This document shows positions 1-7,895 of a stretch of 7,895 bases of DNA, one piece after another; within the stretch, counting starts at the first letter, position 1, and each line of letters begins with the position of its first letter. The translations under genes were made by a program, and so were the position numbers. A model generated the notes under the pieces. The model saw only the letters and a program-made list of their open reading frames with translations. It was not told the DNA's origin and made no database searches. Location: positions 69,200 to 77,094 of the forward strand of contig JAAOMT010000386.1 in the NCBI GenBank assembly GCA_016748015.1. Direction: 5' to 3'. This stretch comes from Geosiphon pyriformis uo1. Taxonomy: Eukaryota > Fungi > Glomeromycota.

Positions 1-114
1 TCTTTTGCATGGTGTTCAATCAAATAGTCTTCAAGGGGTTCAATAAAGTTTTCTAGAATAAGCTCATCAGCGATAACAAGCAATTCTAAAATTGTAGGTA
101 CTCCATGTTTATCA

Positions 115-452
115 AGAGAAATCTCGCCATTATAAATATACCTGTGCAGGAAAATAAAACATATGAATTTATGTTGGCCAAAATACTTTTGAAGCAAACA
201 AAATCCTTACCTGAGAATTATCTCAAAAATATTAGGAGAAATGTTAGGTTTAGCGAAGATAATAGTATTATTTTCCCTTTTAATCCAGTTACTAGAGAGT
301 GCTACAGCAAAATAGGGTGATCTTGCTGCTAAAATTTGCGAAAGAGCTTGAAAAGTTCTAATATTGGGCGCTTCGCCAACTATAGTTTAACATCCGAAAA
401 CTTCTGGCTGTCAAACAGATTTCCGAAATCATTGGATAAAGCCTGAAAGTAT
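115..452 (-). repeat. Left arm of long inverted repeat (pairs with 7557-7895)
   Basis: Manual alignment of the reverse complement to 7557-7895 gives 339 columns, 6 substitutions and 1 indel (~98% identity), including the intron. The alignment is cut off by the gap at 453 and by the window end at 7895, so the true extent is unknown. Confidence 0.97.
142..210 (-). other. 69-nt spliceosomal intron (phase 2) in left BTB copy
   Basis: Reverse strand CTCAG|GTAAGG ... TTTTATTTTCCTGCACAG|GTAT. Removal joins ...EIIL-R-YIYNG in frame, restoring the BTB IL.YIY.G motif. Confidence 0.9.
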
Positions 453-1317
453 NNNNNNNNNNNNNNNNNNNNNNNNNNNNNNNNNNNNNNNNNNNNNNNN
501 NNNNNNNNNNNNNNNNNNNNNNNNNNNNNNNNNNNNNNNNNNNNNNNNNNNNNNNNNNNNNNNNNNNNNNNNNNNNNNNNNNNNNNNNNNNNNNNNNNNN
601 NNNNNNNNNNNNNNNNNNNNNNNNNNNNNNNNNNNNNNNNNNNNNNNNNNNNNNNNNNNNNNNNNNNNNNNNNNNNNNNNNNNNNNNNNNNNNNNNNNNN
701 NNNNNNNNNNNNNNNNNNNNNNNNNNNNNNNNNNNNNNNNNNNNNNNNNNNNNNNNNNNNNNNNNNNNNNNNNNNNNNNNNNNNNNNNNNNNNNNNNNNN
801 NNNNNNNNNNNNNNNNNNNNNNNNNNNNNNNNNNNNNNNNNNNNNNNNNNNNNNNNNNNNNNNNNNNNNNNNNNNNNNNNNNNNNNNNNNNNNNNNNNNN
901 NNNNNNNNNNNNNNNNNNNNNNNNNNNNNNNNNNNNNNNNNNNNNNNNNNNNNNNNNNNNNNNNNNNNNNNNNNNNNNNNNNNNNNNNNNNNNNNNNNNN
1001 NNNNNNNNNNNNNNNNNNNNNNNNNNNNNNNNNNNNNNNNNNNNNNNNNNNNNNNNNNNNNNNNNNNNNNNNNNNNNNNNNNNNNNNNNNNNNNNNNNNN
1101 NNNNNNNNNNNNNNNNNNNNNNNNNNNNNNNNNNNNNNNNNNNNNNNNNNNNNNNNNNNNNNNNNNNNNNNNNNNNNNNNNNNNNNNNNNNNNNNNNNNN
1201 NNNNNNNNNNNNNNNNNNNNNNNNNNNNNNNNNNNNNNNNNNNNNNNNNNNNNNNNNNNNNNNNNNNNNNNNNNNNNNNNNNNNNNNNNNNNNNNNNNNN
1301 NNNNNNNNNNNNNNNNN
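453..1317. other. Assembly gap / masked run of N (865 nt)
   Basis: Continuous N. It should contain the start codon and promoter of the left BTB copy. Confidence 0.99.
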
Positions 1318-3030
1318 TTATAACAATTTTATAAAATACAAATGTCATGCCAATTGAATTCACATCAAGCTTTAAAGCTTTTATTAAATTATAAAATAAA
1401 CATTTATATAATATTAAAAAAATGTAATTACTAATTAGTCGAATAAAAATACATTTTAATTGAAGAAAAGATTACATACATAAGAGATAAAGATAACACC
1501 TCGATCAAAGTAATGCTTAATTTTTACATAATGAATAATCCAAATTATATAGTTACAATTAATTACAACTAACATAATAGTTAGTTGTCACATTTACAAT
1601 TCCAATTTTGATAAAAAATAATATAAAAAATCCTTTTTTATGAAGTTATCATCATTTAATTGTTAATAATAATGCAAAATGAAAACGTTGTAAATATTTT
1701 TATTTTATCTTTTCAAAAATTAGATTATATTTATAATAAAAAATGAATTCATTGTAAAAATTTAATTACATAAGCCCCAATATTCCATTTAACAACACTT
1801 TTATAAAAATTAAAGAAATGTTTATCATGATAACTTTCATAGATTTCAACTTTTTAGTAAATTCCTTAAGATTTGCAAAAAATTTTGTGTATTAGCATTA
1901 TTTTTCAGTTATATCTTTTTTCAATGGTAAATTAATAAACATATACATTAATTTTAGAGATTAGCAAAATTGTGAATATGTTTTATGTTTCAGCAATATG
2001 AGAAACTCACTGTGTTATTTACTTTGCTCTCTTTTACCAGTATTGATGCTTTAAATTTCTTATATTCAAAGTATGTCAACTTTAATGTCTCTAGTGTCTA
2101 ATATCGAAAAGAGTTAAAATTTAGTCTTTTAGCATTGTATTATCAATATTTTTATTAAGAATATTTCACAACTCAAAATTTAGGTTTAATATGATTATTA
2201 TTTTTATTTAAGTTATTTGTTATAAATACAACTTTCCATATGCTATAAAAAGTCTTAATAATTTAATGATTAATTTAATTTCTTAACTTTAATTTTTGTG
2301 TTTAAAATACATTATTATTTGTAAAATTCATCTAAGTAAAAATTATCATATATTTAATAAAAAATCTTTTATTAAATAAATAAAAACTTTAATGTTTTTA
2401 TGAAATTCATTGAAAAACTTTTACTTCTAATCTGTTTCTTTAATATATATATTTTTTTATTATTATTTGACATATAAACCAACTACTAATTAATACAATT
2501 TATTAAACTAAGTAATTTAAATTAAATATAGTTCATGAATTTTTTACATGTGACCAAATATAAGACTAAATTACATTAAATCTATAAAAAAAACCTATTT
2601 TAAGAAAACATTTTATGCATAATTACAACCAAAAAATTATTATTAATTATAATATTAGTTAATTATTTAACAGTTTTATTTGTATTTAATTTAATATTAT
2701 CTAGTTGATGCTTCTAGAAAATTAACAATTAAATATAAATATTATTTTTAATAATATTATCAAAAATTTTTATATAATTAATTATAATATTATATTTGGT
2801 TTTAACTTAAACTATTTTAATACTAATTTTACTTAAAGCTTTATTAAAAGCAAACATTTTACTTTAAACAGTAATAATTATATTTTTAATTTTTTTATGT
2901 AAAAAAAAGAAACAATTAACAAAGTAATAACCAAAACACTAATTAGTTTAACAATAAACTTAACTATTAAAGCCAAAACCTTTAACTTAAATTCCAAAAT
3001 AACCAAGCAAAAACCAATTAAAAAGTTAAC

Positions 3031-3048
3031 AATAATAATAATAATAAT
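3031..3048 (+). repeat. (AAT)6 microsatellite
   Basis: aataataataataataat flanked by aac on both sides. Confidence 0.85.
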
Positions 3049-4699
3049 AACAAGAATTAAGAAATTATTAACAAAAAAATTTAAATAAGCAAAAATAAAA
3101 ACTATAATATAGTTTTAATAAAATGCGATTTAAAAATCCTAAAAAACAACAAAATAAAATGAAAACTTAGAAAAAAGAAATAGTAATATTTTATAGCTTA
3201 AAATCAGATAATCAAAATTTTAATACTTAAAGCATTACTAATATTCAGATATTTTTTACTAAATACAAAACTTTTTAAAATACTAGTTTTGATAACAACA
3301 GTATCTAAATTATATTTAAAACTAAAAATAATAATTGTTTATTAAAGTTACTTAGCAAATTTAAAAAATAAAAAATAAAACAAATATAAGTACTAATTTA
3401 AAAAATCAGTTTGCTGATTTTAAATATTGTTTAATCAGAAAAAAAATTAATCAATTTGGTTTTAAACATATTATAAAAAAAATATTTTCTCTTTAATTTA
3501 CAAAAATAAAAATTCTAATATTGTTTTTGTTTATTAAAATTAACTAGCATATTAAAGCAAATATAATTATATTAAGAAAATTAAAATAAACAATAACATA
3601 TTGTTAAATGCTAACATACTTTAATATAACTTTAAAAATTTCAATATAAATATCAAAAACTGTTTTAATATTAATTATAAATACATCTAAAGCAATATTA
3701 TACAAAACAACAGCAACAAAAAAACTCAAATATTATCATAAGCTTACTTATTTTAAAAATAAAAAAGAAAACAAACTTAGCATGTTCAACTTAAAATACA
3801 ATATCCAAAAAAGCTTAAAAAACAAAATTTAAACAAAAAATTTTATATTGTTTTTAAACACAAATTTAGCATTAATAAAATTATATATAAACTAAAATAA
3901 AATTTTAATTAAAATTAATTTGATTTTAACAAAGTATTAAGCACTAAAGTAAAAGTTATCTGTTTAATAAATTTTTAATAATTAGTAAATATTTCTTAAA
4001 TATTATTAGAAACAGTATTAAAAATCAAGCAAAAAAGGTTTTATCTAATTAGTTTAATTCTTAAGATTAAATTTTCTAATAATATAATTAAATAAAAACA
4101 TATGTAAAAATATTTTTGTTTTGCTTTTAAGACTGGTAAAAATTAGTCTAAAATTAATGTATTAAAAAATACAGCCAAATTCAAATTAAGATTAACCAAA
4201 ATATATTTTCAATTGATTTTTTTTATAAAGTAAAATTATTTGTAAAAATTTTATTAAAACTTTATATAAATATTTTTTATATTATTAGATTATATCAAAT
4301 AGTTATTTAAAAGTTTATAAATATTTAGTTATTATGTTGTTTTTAGTTAAATATATAATATAAAATAGCTTAACTATTAGATTTAAGACAAAGATAAAAA
4401 TACTTTTTTTAAAGATTAACTTAAAAATAACTTTCAATCGTTATTTCAAAACAGTTAAGATAAATTTTTTTAGCCAATTTTTATTAATTATATAATAATA
4501 AAAAACAATAATTAATATAATAAAGCTAATTAATAATTATAATTCACAATCTTGGTATTTTCAAATAAAACATATAAATAGAATAAAAAGATTTATTTTT
4601 TCTTTTAAAGATAATAGTACTAAAAATACTAAATTTGACAAATTTGTTAAAAAATTTGGATCTTATAATGGGCTAAATTATGAATCTATTTTTGAAAAT

Positions 4700-4952
4700 G
4701 GCCATATTCAATTGTTTAGAAAATTTTTTAAAAGTAATTAAGAGTACTATTATCAAAAAACAAAAGATTATAAACATGCTATAATGCTTGAATCAAAAAA
4801 TGAATGAGTAAATTTATTTGCCAAAGAGTATAAAGTTTTTCAAATTGTTAAAAGATCAAATATAGTTTAATTCAGTTATGTATTTCTAATACTTATACAT
4901 CCTATTTACAAATTTTGCTGGGAAAAATTTTCTGCCAAAATTTAATATGGCC
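4700..4952. repeat. Imperfect ~30-bp inverted repeat pair (~4700-4729 / 4923-4952), possible MITE/foldback remnant
   Basis: ggccatattcaattgtt-tagaaaattttt vs reverse complement ggccatattaaattttggcagaaaattttt (25/30). Both arms are preceded by tttgaaaa at different spacing. Confidence 0.45.
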
Positions 4953-5787
4953 CAGTTTATATTATAAGTTTTCAAATATAATAAGATTTACAATAAAAAA
5001 GTTTTTTAATATATGATAATAATTTTTATTTTTTGGCATTTTACTATTCAAACATTTTATAATATTTAAAAAATAGATTTATTAAAACAAAATTATTAAT
5101 TTCTGGTGTGTTGCATATTGTAGAACAAATTTAAAATTAAAAAAAATTAACAGATTCAAACGTTATTACTTTAAATTAAATATAATACAGTATATAATAG
5201 TGCCTTATGGTATATCATTACTGAACTCTATATAGAGGAAGGAAATGTACTTGTGGTAAATTTAAATAATCAAAATGGAATCTGAATAGATGATTAAACA
5301 TTTCGAATTGAAATTGAAATTAGAATGCATATTAAGGTGCTGATTTTACTACTTTACCAGCCAATACTTTTTAGCTGCTACATTAAAAAAAACAAAATTA
5401 TAGTTTCTATCAAGATTTTTTATTAAGTCGAACTGAATAAAGGAACTGCTGTTTTGGTGAAGATTTGTAGCTTTAATTAATTCTTTAAAAATTTTTTTTT
5501 TACTACTATTTATCCCCTTATTATAAAAAAGCAATTTTAATCAGAGCGTGAAATAGAATTACTTATCTAGAAATAATCCCATTCCCAATAATAATATTTC
5601 TATCTATCAAATAATGAAACAAAATTAATTCTGAAGCAAAGTATATTTGGAAAGAATTTTCATTTCGATTAGGATAAGAAAACTGCAATTATAGAAATTA
5701 TATTTAAAAATGATATTTTATTGTCGCTCATTACAATTTATAAAAAATTAACAGCATAATGAAATCATCAAGAAAATATTTGGCAAT

Positions 5788-6131
5788 TTAAACTAGATGC
5801 TTTTTTGTCGTTCCTTTTCTATTTTAATAACACCATCCAAGATTGTATAGTGCGTATGTATCTTCACCTCTGCTGTTTTTGAATAGAGTTCAAATGCTTT
5901 TTCTTCATTCTTTATTTTCTCTTCTCTCTTTAGATAGCATGATCTAAGATTTTTTTGTGCATTTATATTACCAGCCTCTGCAGCTTTTGACCAAAGTTCA
6001 AATACTTTAACTCTATCTTGAGAAGTGCTGATTCCATCAAAGTAACAATGGCCCAGAAAAAATTGCCCAAAAGAATCTTCCATATTCGCTGCTTTCTGAA
6101 ATTTTATGAATGCTTTTGTTGATTCAATATT
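5788..6131 (-). pseudogene. SEL1-like repeat (SLR) protein pseudogene, 3' part; 5' part in gap
   Basis: The frame is open from the gap edge: NIESTKAFIKFQKAANM-EDSFGQFFLGHCYFDGISTSQDRVKVFELWSKAAEA-GNINAQKNLRSCYLKREEKIKNEEKAFELYSKTAE, a 36-aa period. After a 1-bp deletion at ~5866 (gag g-t vs gag gct in the previous repeat) the next repeat reads EDTYALYNLGWCY*NRKGTTK, with an in-frame TAA at 5824-5826. This matches the SEL1 consensus A...LG.CY..G.G...D..KAF.WY.KAA..G. Confidence 0.88.
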
Positions 6132-6991
6132 NNNNNNNNNNNNNNNNNNNNNNNNNNNNNNNNNNNNNNNNNNNNNNNNNNNNNNNNNNNNNNNNNNNNN
6201 NNNNNNNNNNNNNNNNNNNNNNNNNNNNNNNNNNNNNNNNNNNNNNNNNNNNNNNNNNNNNNNNNNNNNNNNNNNNNNNNNNNNNNNNNNNNNNNNNNNN
6301 NNNNNNNNNNNNNNNNNNNNNNNNNNNNNNNNNNNNNNNNNNNNNNNNNNNNNNNNNNNNNNNNNNNNNNNNNNNNNNNNNNNNNNNNNNNNNNNNNNNN
6401 NNNNNNNNNNNNNNNNNNNNNNNNNNNNNNNNNNNNNNNNNNNNNNNNNNNNNNNNNNNNNNNNNNNNNNNNNNNNNNNNNNNNNNNNNNNNNNNNNNNN
6501 NNNNNNNNNNNNNNNNNNNNNNNNNNNNNNNNNNNNNNNNNNNNNNNNNNNNNNNNNNNNNNNNNNNNNNNNNNNNNNNNNNNNNNNNNNNNNNNNNNNN
6601 NNNNNNNNNNNNNNNNNNNNNNNNNNNNNNNNNNNNNNNNNNNNNNNNNNNNNNNNNNNNNNNNNNNNNNNNNNNNNNNNNNNNNNNNNNNNNNNNNNNN
6701 NNNNNNNNNNNNNNNNNNNNNNNNNNNNNNNNNNNNNNNNNNNNNNNNNNNNNNNNNNNNNNNNNNNNNNNNNNNNNNNNNNNNNNNNNNNNNNNNNNNN
6801 NNNNNNNNNNNNNNNNNNNNNNNNNNNNNNNNNNNNNNNNNNNNNNNNNNNNNNNNNNNNNNNNNNNNNNNNNNNNNNNNNNNNNNNNNNNNNNNNNNNN
6901 NNNNNNNNNNNNNNNNNNNNNNNNNNNNNNNNNNNNNNNNNNNNNNNNNNNNNNNNNNNNNNNNNNNNNNNNNNNNNNNNNNNNNNNNNNN
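6132..6991. other. Assembly gap / masked run of N (860 nt)
   Basis: Continuous N. It interrupts the SEL1 reading frame. Confidence 0.99.
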
Positions 6992-7451
6992 AATTATTTT
7001 ATCATTTTATGGCGCTTATAAGTAAAAGTTGGCTGCTGGTTTACTCATCATCGGAAAGGCATTTTGCATTTAAAGTTACACATGCAAATTTATTGTATAA
7101 ATAATCATTTCAGCAATTAATACCTTTTTAGGGATAGTACTATCCGCAACTCATTGTGTGAATCCTTCCAAGGGTTGTGACCATAATTTTGAATTAGAGG
7201 TTTAAGTAATGATTTCCTCAATGGAAGATCTGAATGAAATATGATTTTAATTAATTTGGGCTAAAAGCATAAATATATATTAAACGATTAATCAGTTAAA
7301 ATTATTTTTCTAAAATTTAATTTGGATATAATTTCTTTTTAGTAATGTTTATCATTTATGAATATGCAATGGCAAATTTAAAAAAATGCTTTTACTCTTA
7401 AAATCTTATTGATTCTGAAGATTTATAAAAACTTTAATTGTTAATAATAAC

Positions 7452-7484
7452 AGATCACCTGTCGATCACATATTTGTATAAAAG
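7452..7484 (+). promoter_or_regulatory. Candidate core promoter of right BTB copy: two GATCAC motifs plus TATA box
   Basis: aGATCACctgtcGATCACat (includes the E-box CACCTG) followed by TATAAAAG at 7477-7484, ~60 nt upstream of ATG 7543. Confidence 0.35.
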
Positions 7485-7556
7485 TCCCTAAAAATTGCGT
7501 ATTGAAATATTAATATTTCAAAGCATTTTATATATTTTACCAATGTCACCCCAAAA

Positions 7557-7895
7557 ACACTTTCACGCTTTATCCAATGATTTCGGAAATCTGTGTGACA
7601 GCCAGAAGTTTTCTGATGTTAAAATAATAGTTGGCGAAGCGCCCAATATTAGAACTTTTCAAGCTCTTTCGCAAATTTTAGCAGCAAGATCACCCTATTT
7701 TGCTGTAGCACTCTCTAGTAACTGGATTAAAAGGGAAAATAATACTATTATCTTCGCTAAACCTAACATTTCTCCTAATATTTTTGAGATAATTCTCAGT
7801 TAAGGATTTTGTTTGCTTCAAAAGTATTTTGGCCAACATAAATTCATATGTTTTATTTTCCTGCACAGGTATATTTATAATGGCGAGATTTCTCT
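7557..7895 (+). repeat. Right arm of long inverted repeat (pairs with 115-452)
   Basis: Differences from the left arm at 7558, 7566, 7595, 7614, 7624, 7800 and one indel near 7627; otherwise identical. Confidence 0.97.
7800..7868 (+). other. 69-nt intron remnant with +1 G>T donor mutation
   Basis: Identical to the left-copy intron (210-142) except at the first base; acceptor CCTGCACAG|G intact. Confidence 0.88.

Larger units (their letters stand above)
1..452 (-). pseudogene. BTB/POZ-domain protein gene, left copy; partial (start codon in gap, continues past window start); 1-bp frameshift near 382
   Basis: The reverse strand reads YFQALSNDFGNLFDSQKFSDVKL, then a frameshift (aaa cta ta gtt vs aaa ata ata gtt in the right copy) gives TAG at 380-382. 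The shifted frame continues VGEAPNIRTFQALSQILAARSPYFAVALSSNWIKRENNTIIFAKPNISPNIFEIILR, intron 210-142, then YIYNGEISLDKHGVPTILELLVIADELILENFIEPLEDYLIEHHAK. SDV.I.VG, ILAARSPYF, F..IL.YIY.G and LL..ADEL are BTB hallmarks. The frameshift lies 70 nt from a gap and may be a consensus error. Confidence 0.85.
2330..5100. repeat. Extremely AT-rich, CpG-depleted island; probable decayed repeat/transposon relic (family not assignable, boundaries approximate)
   Basis: Sample lines contain 5/60 (2761-2820) and 8/60 (3361-3420) G+C. By eye only two CpG (~3125, ~4439) occur between ~2110 and 5160. No ORF in the supplied track. A>T and C>G skew on the + strand over ~2900-3900. Confidence 0.5.
7543..7895 (+). 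pseudogene. BTB/POZ-domain protein gene, right copy; 5' part (exon 1 7543-7799, exon 2 7869->7895); canonical splice donor lost
   Basis: ATG 7543: MSPQKHFHALSNDFGNLCDSQKFSDVKIIVGEAPNIRTFQALSQILAARSPYFAVALSSNWIKRENNTIIFAKPNISPNIFEIIL(R), then YIYNGEIS after the intron. The donor reads CTCAG|TTAAGG instead of CTCAG|GTAAGG. An unspliced transcript stops at TAA 7801-7803. BTB identity is secure; pseudogene status rests on one base (7800). Confidence 0.8.

Noticed and set aside
105-320. 71-aa + strand ORF
   Set aside because: Antisense shadow of the left BTB exons and intron; no independent protein features.
380-1363. 327-aa - strand ORF
   Set aside because: Created by reading through Ns; only the last ~23 residues are real BTB sequence.
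1367-1380. Perfect 14-bp palindrome AAGCTTTAAAGCTT
   Set aside because: Isolated, with no associated feature; plausible by chance in AT-rich DNA.
1565-1588. 9-bp stem hairpin ACAACTAAC-ataata-GTTAGTTGT as a Helitron end or terminator
   Set aside because: No CTRR at the expected distance, no GC-rich stem or U-tract, and the context is eukaryotic.
2338-5030. ATTATCATATATT inverted match near both edges of the AT island as terminal inverted repeats
   Set aside because: A 13-bp match with a single C/G is expected many times by chance at this composition; no TSD seen.
5349-5534. 61-aa - strand ORF
   Set aside because: Non-ATG start, AT-driven K/N/F/I composition, no recognisable motif.
5793-5866. 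ORF-track C-terminus VKIHTHYTILDGVIKIEKERQKSI as real protein
   Set aside because: It is post-frameshift sequence; the SEL1 pattern (ALYNLGWCY) continues in another frame.
6106-7104. 332-aa and 303-aa + strand ORFs
   Set aside because: Almost entirely N; they begin antisense to the SEL1 frame.
7495-7542. N-terminal extension in the ORF track
   Set aside because: Begins at TTG under a prokaryotic-style start rule; the first ATG is 7543, just before the BTB homology.
7799-7804. Alternative GTTAAG donor one base upstream rescuing the right copy
   Set aside because: Splicing from 7799 to the same acceptor removes 70 nt and shifts exon 2 out of the YIYNG frame.
1-7895. CRISPR array, tRNA/rRNA, or prokaryotic operon/defence system
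   Set aside because: No regularly spaced direct repeats and no recognisable RNA gene; spliceosomal introns show the DNA is eukaryotic. Content of the N gaps cannot be assessed.

Overview
Very AT-rich, intron-containing eukaryotic DNA. The BTB/POZ and SEL1-repeat gene styles, 69-nt introns and low GC suggest an arbuscular mycorrhizal (Glomeromycotina) fungus, but that is inference. Two N gaps (453-1317, 865 nt; 6132-6991, 860 nt) hide about 22% of the window. The two ends hold ~98% identical, head-to-head (inverted) copies of the 5' part of one BTB-domain gene. The left copy (- strand) has a 1-bp frameshift; the right copy (+ strand) has a GT>TT splice-donor change. Between them lie a ~2.7 kb island of roughly 10-15% GC, almost free of CpG (probably a decayed repeat or transposon), and a SEL1-repeat pseudogene whose lesions are nearly all C:G>T:A transitions. 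I find no intact novel system. The best leads are the inverted duplication (real, or an amplification/assembly chimera) and the contrast between heavy C>T decay in the middle and unmutated flanking duplicates.
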